A stretch of DNA of 64,000 nt from an uncultured Alphaproteobacteria bacterium (GTDB lineage: Bacteria; Pseudomonadota; Alphaproteobacteria; CAAGCB01; CAG-977): contig CALYBD010000001.1 in assembly GCA_944393745.1 (NCBI GenBank), forward strand, positions 72,628 through 136,627, in the 5' to 3' direction. The notes under the pieces were generated by a model, which saw nothing but the letters and a program-made list of their open reading frames with translations, was not told the DNA's origin and ran no database searches. Positions 28,536 to 38,138 of the stretch are shown here, in pieces (positions within the stretch are counted from its first letter, which is position 1; every line of letters begins with the position of its first letter). The position numbers and the translations under genes were made by a program.

Positions 28536-30403
28536 ATTCCCTCCATCGGCGTATTTTTCTTTAACGTTCCGGGTGATTCAGAAGCCGGATCCAGCGTCAG
28601 GACGGCTTCCATAATTGCACGTGCGATCGGCGCTGCCGTAGTGGCGCCGCCGCCACCGTGTTCAATAACGACCGACAAAGCATAACGCGGATTATCCGTC
28701 GGCCCGAACGCAACGAACAAAGCGTGGTTTCTTTCTTCCCACGGCAATTCGTCCTGACGGCGCAATCCTTCTTCGCGCTCTTTCATCGAAATACGTTTGA
28801 CCTGCGTTGTGCCCGTTTTCCCGGCAATCAGTTTCCCGTTCACGTTAACCCGTGCTGTTTTTGCCGTTCCCTTGGGCGCGTTAACCACGTTAAACATACC
28901 TTCGCGCATTAACTGCAGATATGTTTTTGAAATATTCAGGTCTTCTCCGAGACAAACTGTCGTATCCCTGTTTTTCGGTACTAAAATCGTCGGTTTTACT
29001 TTATAACCGTCATTCGCCAAAGCCGCCGCCATAACAGCCAGCTGAATCGGCGTTGTTAAAACATAGCCCTGCCCGATCCCGGCGTTATAGGTATCTCCCT
29101 GCAACCATTGTTCGCCCAAAATCACTTCTTTCCACCGCCGGGTCGGCATCAAACCGGATCTTTCCCCGGGCAAATTGATACCCGTCGGCATGCCGAAACC
29201 GAATCGTTTGGCCATCGCGGCAATCTTGTCAATTCCGGTTCGGCGCGCGACTTCGTAAAAATAAATGTCGCAGGAATGCATCAAGGCTTCCTTTAAATCG
29301 ACATTGCCGTGCCCGTCAGGCTTCCAGCAATGAAAACGATGCGATCCCATCATAATATGGCCGCCGCAAAAAATCTTTGTATCCGGACGAATAACACCGG
29401 CTTCCAACGCAGCCAGAGCAACGATCATCTTAAACGTTGATCCGGGGGAATATAATCCGCCCAACGCTTTGTTTAACAGCGGATTTTTTTTGTTCGTGGA
29501 AATGGTTTCCCATTCTTTGTTGGACAAGCCGCGGTTAAATTTGTTCGGATCAAAACTGGGCGTTGATACCAAAGCCAAAACTTCGCCGGTATAAATATCC
29601 AAAAGAACGGCGGCGCCGCTTTCTTTTTTCATTTTTTCATAAACAACTTTCTGCAACCGCATATCAATCGTTAACGGCAGTACCGCACCGGGAACCCCTT
29701 CATCGCGTTCAATTTCACGAATAACACGCCCTACGGCATTAACTTCAACACGTTGGGCACCTTCTTTGCCGCACAATGCCGTGTTGTATTCCAACTCTAT
29801 ACCCGATTTGCCAACACGAAATCCCGGCAGCTTTAACAACGGATTGCCGGACGCAATCTCTTCTTCCGAAACGGCACCGACATAACCGACAACATGGGCC
29901 GCCGCCTCATTAAACGGATAAAACCGGCTGAGCCCTTCATCAATAATAATTCCCGGCAGATCCGGTGCATTCAGCTGGATTGCCGCCATTTGCTCCCAGG
30001 TTAAATTTTCGCGAATTGTTACCGGCGTAAAATCACGCGAACGGCGAACATCTTTGCGGATCCGCTGAATTTCACTTTCCGTCAACGGCAAAATCTTGTT
30101 CAAAGCTTCCAATGTTGCATTCAGATTACCTTCCGTTTGTTCCGAAATCACCAATACACGGAAATTTTGGTTGTTCTGCGCCATCGCAACGCCGAAACGA
30201 TCGAAAATCAATCCTCTGGGCGGCGCCAACAATCGCGTGCTGATCCGGTTTTCTTCCGCCAACGTTTTATACCGATCCGATTCCAATACCTGTAAATAAT
30301 ACATACGCCCCAATAATACCGAAGACAAAAACAACTCTCCGCCGGCCAGCATCATTGCCCGGCGGGTCAGCATTTTTCCTTTGTCTCCGTCACGCGTAAT
30401 CAT
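28532..30403 (-). CDS. mrdA: Penicillin-binding protein 2 (peptidoglycan D,D-transpeptidase MrdA)
   Basis: SxxK (STFK), SxN and KTG(T) transpeptidase motifs. 4-bp overlaps on both sides. Confidence 0.9.
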   Translation of the reverse strand: MITRDGDKGKMLTRRAMMLAGGELFLSSVLLGRMYYLQVLESDRYKTLAEENRISTRLLAPPRGLIFDRFGVAMAQNNQNFRVLVISEQTEGNLNATLEALNKILPLTESEIQRIRKDVRRSRDFTPVTIRENLTWEQMAAIQLNAPDLPGIIIDEGLSRFYPFNEAAAHVVGYVGAVSEEEIASGNPLLKLPGFRVGKSGIELEYNTALCGKEGAQRVEVNAVGRVIREIERDEGVPGAVLPLTIDMRLQKVVYEKMKKESGAAVLLDIYTGEVLALVSTPSFDPNKFNRGLSNKEWETISTNKKNPLLNKALGGLYSPGSTFKMIVALAALEAGVIRPDTKIFCGGHIMMGSHRFHCWKPDGHGNVDLKEALMHSCDIYFYEVARRTGIDKIAAMAKRFGFGMPTGINLPGERSGLMPTRRWKEVILGEQWLQGDTYNAGIGQGYVLTTPIQLAVMAAALANDGYKVKPTILVPKNRDTTVCLGEDLNISKTYLQLMREGMFNVVNAPKGTAKTARVNVNGKLIAGKTGTTQVKRISMKEREEGLRRQDELPWEERNHALFVAFGPTDNPRYALSVVIEHGGGGATTAAPIARAIMEAVLTLDPASESPGTLKKNTPMEGI

Positions 30404-30936
30404 TTTTCTTTATCCAGCAAATATAAATGCAGCGCCGCACACGGCCAGGAAATCAGCGGATAACATAACAGCAGCAGCAAATAACTGATAAAAGCGATGC
30501 CGATCGGCGTAAAAACTGCATAACTGATCGACACAAACAACCATTTTAAAAAATATGCGCCGAACGACAAAACGGCAAATCCGAACCAAACAAACACAAA
30601 CGATCTTCCTGTTAAATAACGGCGCTGTGTTTTTGTGACCAGATAAAACAACGTAAAAACCAGCGTATTGATCCCCAGCGGCGTCCCGTCCAAAAGATCC
30701 AAAAACAAACCCGTTACAAAAGCGCTGAGAATTGAAAAATCGTACGGTCTGTAAACAGCCCAATAAAAAATCGGAACCAATACAAAATACGGCCGGACCG
30801 AAGAATAACCGGGTAAATAGGTCGGCGTAACGGAAAATAACAAAATCAGAATTGTCAGCAGCTTTGGCGCATACTGTCTGAATTTCGCCGCAGCTTTGTC
30901 ATAAAAAGGCTGATTGATTAAGGAGAAACTTCGCAT
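30400..30936 (-). CDS. mreD: Rod shape-determining protein MreD
   Basis: Small polytopic membrane protein between mreC and mrdA. Confidence 0.75.
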   Translation of the reverse strand: MRSFSLINQPFYDKAAAKFRQYAPKLLTILILLFSVTPTYLPGYSSVRPYFVLVPIFYWAVYRPYDFSILSAFVTGLFLDLLDGTPLGINTLVFTLFYLVTKTQRRYLTGRSFVFVWFGFAVLSFGAYFLKWLFVSISYAVFTPIGIAFISYLLLLLCYPLISWPCAALHLYLLDKEK

Positions 30937-31787
30937 ATCGGATCCGGTAACAAACCTGAAAGACCATAATCAACAATACGAACCATTTCCAGCCGGCTGC
31001 GATTAAAGAAAGGACGAACTTTAATCACCCCGTCATTGACGGAAACAATCACGCCGACCGGCAAACCGGCCGGATAAACACCGGCCATACCGGACGTTAC
31101 GATTTTATCGCCGACCGAGACTTTGGCATTGTTGGGCAAAGAAATCAGCTGCGGATATTCCGTATTGTCGCCCGATAAGATTGCCGGTATATCCATCGGT
31201 TCAACCTTAACCGGCACGCGCGAGTTAATATCCGTAATCAGCAAAATTCTGGCGGCATTAATGCCGACCGAAGCGATACGACCGACCAGACCGTCACCCG
31301 TTAAAACGACGTTTCCTTTTTCAATTTCCTGTTTTTGTCCGACAAAAGCGATCAAAGACTGAGCAAAAGAATTGCCCGTATCAGCAATGACACGTGAAGT
31401 GATGGAAATTGCCGGCGGCGGCGGCACATAATTTAAAAGATCGGTTAAATAAGCATTTTCCTTGCGCAGTTGTTCCGTATCCAGGCGGATCAGATTCAAT
31501 TCCTGATTTTCACGCCGCAACCGCGCATTTTCCTGACGGATCGACACCAATTCCTGCATATTTTGCACAAATCGCGATGCGGCTTCGGCCGGTTTCGACA
31601 ACAAAGACAGGATTGGCGTCGCAATATCATTAAAAACAATCTGGACTTTTTCGACCAGGATCGTATCGGCTTTTCCCAGCAGCATCAATCCGAACGCGAC
31701 CATCACCAACACCAAAACGGCAAAACGCCGTAATTTTGTTTTAATATGATGCAGTGACGCCGTATTGCCGGAATGCTGCTTTCCCAT
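30918..31787 (-). CDS. mreC: Rod shape-determining protein MreC
   Basis: N-terminal TM, coiled coil, and a Gly-rich beta domain (VVTSGxxGxxPxGLPVG). Confidence 0.85.
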   Translation of the reverse strand: MGKQHSGNTASLHHIKTKLRRFAVLVLVMVAFGLMLLGKADTILVEKVQIVFNDIATPILSLLSKPAEAASRFVQNMQELVSIRQENARLRRENQELNLIRLDTEQLRKENAYLTDLLNYVPPPPAISITSRVIADTGNSFAQSLIAFVGQKQEIEKGNVVLTGDGLVGRIASVGINAARILLITDINSRVPVKVEPMDIPAILSGDNTEYPQLISLPNNAKVSVGDKIVTSGMAGVYPAGLPVGVIVSVNDGVIKVRPFFNRSRLEMVRIVDYGLSGLLPDPICEVSP

Positions 31788-31818
31788 ATGAATACCCCTG
31801 TCTTAAAAGGGAAAAAGC

Positions 31819-32868
<1,050 letters not shown>

Positions 32869-32947
32869 TTAAAAAATTAAACTTATAAATACTTTTCCGC
32901 CTTTTTTTGCCTGAAACAAGCAAAAATACGGCAATTTTCAATCTAAT

Positions 32948-33937
32948 CTACTCCAAGAAGTGTAAAGCCTTGGTTAATATATCCGGACTTTTTGCGTCAT
33001 TAATAATGTAATCCGGCGCAAAACGATGCTTAAACCAGGTCATTTGACGTTTGGCGTAATTTCTGGTCATGCGGCAGGCATGATCAATCGCTTGATCCCG
33101 GGTCATTTCCGCGCTCAAAAAAGCTTTGATTTCAAAAACGCCGAGAGCTTTTAACACCAGGCTGTCCGCCGGCGGATTTTTGGCAAGCAGAAGACGAACT
33201 TCCTCAACGGCTGAACCGCACATCATTTTTTCAAAGCGTTCGTCACAGCGTCGATACAACTCTTCACGCGGCAGCTGGGTTAAAAAACATAAAAAATCAG
33301 CCTCAATTTCCTTTTTAAACGGCAAAGATTGCCAGTAAGTAACAGATTTTCCCGTCTGCGTCAGCACTTCGGCCGCACGCAAAATCCGCTGCGGATCCGT
33401 AAAAGAAAAAGAAGGATCTTTCTTTTGAAAATCGGCCAGAAAACGCTCATGGCCCATTTCTTCAAATTCCCGGCGGACTTGGCGGCGCACGGTTTCATCG
33501 GCCGGCGGAACCGGAGAAATACCCTTGATCAAAGTCTGCAAATAAAATCCCGTACCGCCGACAACGATCGGAATCCTGCCGTCTGTTCGTGCGGCTTCTA
33601 TTTCCCGCGCCGCCAACTGCACCCATTTAAAAGCAGAACAGTTTTCTTCGGGTTCCAAAAAACCGTACAGCCGGTGTTCCGCCGTTTTTTCCTCGGCCGG
33701 CGAAGGACGCGCCGTTAATGTCGGCACATCGCGGTAAACCTGCATACTGTCGGCATTGATTATTCTGCCGCCCAGCCGCTGCGCCAGTTCCAAAGCCACC
33801 CCCGACTTTCCCGAAGCCGTCGGTCCTGCGATAACTATCACTTTGTTTTTCCCTTGTTTTGGGGTACAAAGAAAATGTTCTTCGTTTTTACAAGAGGAGA
33901 CCGCCGTGAATACCATTCCTTTATTTCGTCCTTTCAA
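32948..33937 (-). CDS. miaA: tRNA dimethylallyltransferase MiaA (true start probably downstream of the ORF-track start)
   Basis: P-loop GPTASGKS. The annotated 5' end overlaps the divergent DUF1015 gene. Confidence 0.85.
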   Translation of the reverse strand: MKGRNKGMVFTAVSSCKNEEHFLCTPKQGKNKVIVIAGPTASGKSGVALELAQRLGGRIINADSMQVYRDVPTLTARPSPAEEKTAEHRLYGFLEPEENCSAFKWVQLAAREIEAARTDGRIPIVVGGTGFYLQTLIKGISPVPPADETVRRQVRREFEEMGHERFLADFQKKDPSFSFTDPQRILRAAEVLTQTGKSVTYWQSLPFKKEIEADFLCFLTQLPREELYRRCDERFEKMMCGSAVEEVRLLLAKNPPADSLVLKALGVFEIKAFLSAEMTRDQAIDHACRMTRNYAKRQMTWFKHRFAPDYIINDAKSPDILTKALHFLE

Positions 33938-35150
33938 AGCCGTCCGGCCGGCGCCCGAATTTGCCGCCGAAGTCGCAGCGCCGCCCTATGATGTCCTTGA
34001 TACAAAAGAAGCACGGGTAAAAGCAAGCGGAAAACCGTATTCTTTCCTGCATATTTCCAAAGCGGAAATAGATTTGCCTGAAAATACCGATCCTTATGAT
34101 CCTTCCGTTTATATAAAATCGGCTCAAAATTACATTGTGCTGTTGAATAACGGTATTCTGAAGCAAGATGCAAAACCCTGTTATTACGTTTATCGTGCCA
34201 TTATGGGAAACCACACCCAAACCGGCCTGGCCGTTGCCGCCAGTGTTGCCGAATATGATAAAAACAGAATTCGCCGTCATGAATTTACCCGCATTGACAA
34301 AGAAGACGACCGTGTGCGTCAAATTGATGCTTTAAGTGCGCAAACCGGCCCCGTTTTACTGGCTTATCACCAGATCCCCGTCGTTGATGCCCTTATTAAA
34401 AAAACAACAAACCAGCCGCCGGCCTACGAAGTCACGGCCGATAATGATGTCCGCCATGCCGTCTGGGTCATTGACAATGATGATGATATCCGGGCCATAA
34501 CGGCGGCCTTTGACAAACAGGACGTTGTTTATATTGCCGACGGACATCATCGTTCGGCCGCAGCGTCCCGCATTGCCAAAAAACGCGCAGAACAAAACCC
34601 CAATCATACGGGAACCGAAGATTATAATTCGTTTTTAGCCGTTGCTTTTCCGATCGAAGAAATGAAAATTTTAGATTACAATCGCCTTGTTTCGGATTTA
34701 AACGGATTAACGCCCGCCGGATTTCTGAAAGCATTGGAAAAGGATTTTGAGGTTGCGCCCGTTACGGGAATTGCCGCGCCGTCTGAAAAAAATACGTTCG
34801 GCCTTTATCTGGAAAAACAATGGTATCTGCTGACGCTGAAAAATAAACCGGCCGGCAGCGATCCCGTAAAATTGTTAGATGTCAGTCTGTTATCGGATCT
34901 GGTTTTGGATCCGATTTTAGGCATTAAAGACCTGCGTAAAGATAAACGCATTGATTTTGTCGGCGGCATACGCGGATTAAAAGAATTGCAGACCCGTGTT
35001 GACAGCGGAGATTTCATTGCGGCGTTTGCTTTGTACCCGACACAGATGTCCGAATTAACCGCTGTTGCGGACAGCGGACAGGTCATGCCGCCGAAATCGA
35101 CATGGTTTGAACCGAAACTGGCCGACGGTCTGATTTCAAATCCGATATAA
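33906..35150 (+). CDS. DUF1015-family conserved protein (GTG start preferred)
   Basis: Family-typical N-terminus ...IPLFRPFKAVRP follows GTG at 33906, with a gaggag RBS upstream. The longer ATG ORF (from 33756) overlaps miaA by 180 bp. Confidence 0.6.
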   Translation: MNTIPLFRPFKAVRPAPEFAAEVAAPPYDVLDTKEARVKASGKPYSFLHISKAEIDLPENTDPYDPSVYIKSAQNYIVLLNNGILKQDAKPCYYVYRAIMGNHTQTGLAVAASVAEYDKNRIRRHEFTRIDKEDDRVRQIDALSAQTGPVLLAYHQIPVVDALIKKTTNQPPAYEVTADNDVRHAVWVIDNDDDIRAITAAFDKQDVVYIADGHHRSAAASRIAKKRAEQNPNHTGTEDYNSFLAVAFPIEEMKILDYNRLVSDLNGLTPAGFLKALEKDFEVAPVTGIAAPSEKNTFGLYLEKQWYLLTLKNKPAGSDPVKLLDVSLLSDLVLDPILGIKDLRKDKRIDFVGGIRGLKELQTRVDSGDFIAAFALYPTQMSELTAVADSGQVMPPKSTWFEPKLADGLISNPI

Positions 35151-35181
35151 TAAATGTAAAGCGGGGAAATCCCCGCTTTAA

Positions 35182-36096
35182 TTATCTGATCGGAATTTTC
35201 ACCGTCAACGGCTGTGTGATATCAATGTCATGCGGCGGTTCCAGCAGCGGTTCAAAATACTTGGCAATACAGGTACGTATTTTTTCGTCAACGGGCATGC
35301 CCAAAATATCAAATGTTTCCTTAAAACCGAATGCCGGCAAAGTGCCGAACGGAGAAACCATAAAAGAAACTTCGCGCATTTCGGTCAGACCGCATTTTTT
35401 AAAATCAGCGGCATGAGCATTGATCTTAATTTGCAAATGACGCAGATACCGGCGCCGTATTTCGGGTTCCGTCACAAAAAAGGCTGAAGATTCCGCCGCG
35501 GAATATTTCAAAACATAGCGCTGATAAAATTCCGTATCCGACAAACCTCCCGAAATCATGCGTCCGGAATCTTTTTCAATAAAATGAGACAACAAATACA
35601 GCAATTTATCCTGTGCCGATCTGAAATCCGGCGCATGATCTTTTTTGGAAACGGTCACTTTCCAAAATTGCCGGTCTTCTTTGCCGGCCTGTACCGCCGT
35701 CAGCGAGATGAATTTTTCATAAACGGTATAACGATCATATACGGCCGTCGGCAAAATGGAGGGTTCATCGATCGGGTGTTCGTATTCGGCAGTATCAATA
35801 CTGCTTCTGATACTGGTTGTTCCTTCTTTTTTCACTCCGAATTTCAGCCTTAAAATAACGGCTGCGGGCGAAGTCAGGCGATATCCCTTTGCTTTCAAAA
35901 TCGGTTTTAATTTTGCCAACAACTGTTGGTATTCGATATCATCTTTGGACAGATCTTCATTCATCAGATGAATCACGGCCGTTTTTACCGGCGGCGTCCG
36001 GCTGAGATAAGAATCAACAGACATGGAAATTTTATCTTCTATCGGCAGCTGACAGCCGACAAGAAAGAACAAAACCGGCAATAAAACTTTTTTCAT
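35182..36096 (-). CDS. Lipoprotein of unknown function
   Basis: Lipobox MKKVLLPVLFFLVGC. Confidence 0.5.
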   Translation of the reverse strand: MKKVLLPVLFFLVGCQLPIEDKISMSVDSYLSRTPPVKTAVIHLMNEDLSKDDIEYQQLLAKLKPILKAKGYRLTSPAAVILRLKFGVKKEGTTSIRSSIDTAEYEHPIDEPSILPTAVYDRYTVYEKFISLTAVQAGKEDRQFWKVTVSKKDHAPDFRSAQDKLLYLLSHFIEKDSGRMISGGLSDTEFYQRYVLKYSAAESSAFFVTEPEIRRRYLRHLQIKINAHAADFKKCGLTEMREVSFMVSPFGTLPAFGFKETFDILGMPVDEKIRTCIAKYFEPLLEPPHDIDITQPLTVKIPIR

Positions 36097-36099
36097 TGC

Positions 36100-36417
36100 T
36101 TACGCCAAAGAAATTATACCGGCATCAATGGCTTTCAGCATAACGGCAATGTCGCGCCAGCCCGAAACGGGAAATCCGTCGTCTCCGATGACATCAATCC
36201 CTTTTTCGCGGCAAAAATCGATCATTTCCTGTTCGTTCGCATGAAAGACCTGTTGCCATAAATCTTCAAATTCTTTTTTGGAATAATCCGGCGCCGCACC
36301 GAACAAACGAAAAGTCAATCCATCTGTTTCGGAAACAAGTTCGTCCGTTGCCCCTTCGGCCAGTTCGGGTTCTTCGGACAGATAATCCTGAGCACGAATG
36401 ACGGTTTGTGTTTGCAT
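36100..36417 (-). CDS. Hypothetical acidic protein
   Basis: 105 aa ORF directly upstream (same strand) of the lipoprotein gene. Confidence 0.4.
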   Translation of the reverse strand: MQTQTVIRAQDYLSEEPELAEGATDELVSETDGLTFRLFGAAPDYSKKEFEDLWQQVFHANEQEMIDFCREKGIDVIGDDGFPVSGWRDIAVMLKAIDAGIISLA

Positions 36418-36484
36418 TTTTTTCTCCTTTGTTCATATTACTGATATGTAAGCATATTTATTTTCTGCAATAAAGGAAAAAACA

Positions 36485-37777
36485 ATGATACCGCGTTACA
36501 GCCGTCCTGAAATGAGTGCCGTTTGGTCTGATGAAAACAAATTTAAAACCTGGTTTGAAATTGAATTATATGCCTGTGAAGCTTTGGCAAAGCTGGGAAA
36601 AATCCCGCAATCTGCCGTTGACGACATTCGCACAAAAGGCAAATTCGATCAAAAACGCATTGACGAAATCGAAGCCGAGGTCAAACACGATGTCATTGCT
36701 TTTTTGACAAATGTCGGGGAAAACGTCGGGGAAAGCGCTCGTTTTATGCATCAGGGCATGACGTCTTCGGACGTTTTGGATACCTCGTTTAATATGCGCC
36801 TGACGCAATCCGTCGATATTTTATTAAAAGATATGGACAGGTTGCTGGCCGCTTTGAAAAAACGCGCCGAAGAACACAAATACACGCTGTGCATCGGACG
36901 CAGTCACGGCATTCATGCCGAACCGACAACGTTCGGTTTAAAAATGCTGGGTTTTTATGCCGAATTTGCCCGCAACAAAGAACGCCTGGCCGCCGCGCGC
37001 AAAGAGGTTTCCACCTGCGCGATTTCCGGCGCGGTCGGCACGTTTGCGACGATTGATCCGCGTGTGGAACAATATGTTGCCGAAAAGCTGGGATTAACGC
37101 CGGAACCCGTTTCAACACAAGTCATTCCGCGTGACAGATATGCCGTTTTATTTACAACCGTCGGCATTATTGCTTCGTCAATCGAACGGCTGGCCGTCGA
37201 GATTCGTCATCTGCAACGCACTGAAGTCCGCGAAGCCGAAGAATATTTTTCGGCCGGGCAAAAAGGATCTTCGGCCATGCCGCACAAACGCAACCCCGTT
37301 TTATCCGAAAACCTGACCGGTTTGGCACGATTGCTGCGTTCTTATGCGATTCCGGCCATGGAAAACGTTGCGTTATGGCATGAACGCGACATATCGCATT
37401 CTTCCAACGAAAGAATCATTGCCCCCGATGCGATGATCGGATTGGATTTTTGTTTAAACCGTCTGGCGGGAATTATCGAAAAGCTGCTGATTTATCCGGA
37501 AAATATGCTGGCAAACCTGAACCGATTGAAAGGATTGATCTTTTCCCAGCGCGTCATGCTGGCTTTGGTCGATACGGGCATGAAACGCGAAGAAGCTTAT
37601 CGGCTGACACAGCGCAACGCAATGAAAGTCTGGGCAAACGAAGGAACATTCAAAGACTTGCTGGAATCCGACGCGGACGTGATGAACGTCATCACAAAGG
37701 AACAGTTGGAAGCTTTGTTCGATTTAAATTTTTACACCGCGCAAATCGATTTTATTTTCAAAAAAGTGTTCGGATAA
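36485..37777 (+). CDS. purB: Adenylosuccinate lyase
   Basis: N-terminal MIPRYSRPEM and a fumarate-lyase signature region (SSAMPHKRNP). Confidence 0.92.
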   Translation: MIPRYSRPEMSAVWSDENKFKTWFEIELYACEALAKLGKIPQSAVDDIRTKGKFDQKRIDEIEAEVKHDVIAFLTNVGENVGESARFMHQGMTSSDVLDTSFNMRLTQSVDILLKDMDRLLAALKKRAEEHKYTLCIGRSHGIHAEPTTFGLKMLGFYAEFARNKERLAAARKEVSTCAISGAVGTFATIDPRVEQYVAEKLGLTPEPVSTQVIPRDRYAVLFTTVGIIASSIERLAVEIRHLQRTEVREAEEYFSAGQKGSSAMPHKRNPVLSENLTGLARLLRSYAIPAMENVALWHERDISHSSNERIIAPDAMIGLDFCLNRLAGIIEKLLIYPENMLANLNRLKGLIFSQRVMLALVDTGMKREEAYRLTQRNAMKVWANEGTFKDLLESDADVMNVITKEQLEALFDLNFYTAQIDFIFKKVFG

Positions 37778-37782
37778 ATCAA

Positions 37783-37826
37783 AAAGGCTCGGTTTGAACT
37801 GTACCCCGAGCCTTTTTATTTTTTGA
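37783..37826 (+). terminator. Intrinsic terminator after purB
   Basis: aaggctcggtttgaactgtaccccgagcctttttatttttt. Confidence 0.7.
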
Positions 37827-38138
37827 TTGAACAGATTACCGTTATTGCGTATCCTGTCGGCTGTGTCTTAACAGGCACGGAGACTTAGAAAATCTCTTTA
37901 ATAAGGTCGGCGCAGATATGCGTCGTTAGCTGTTTTGCCTATGGTGAAACAGACAAAATATCCCCGATTTTTTCAAAGGTCGGGGAGCTTTTGGCGTATG
38001 TTCAGAACACACCCCGTCATTATCTCTGAAAAAACGGAGGTGTTTAAAGGTCAAAAGGATCATTTACCTTATTATGGTTTTTCTACTCCCCGACCGCCTG
38101 ATTAAGGCGGTTTTCGTTTACTTTAAGGAGATTAGAGC

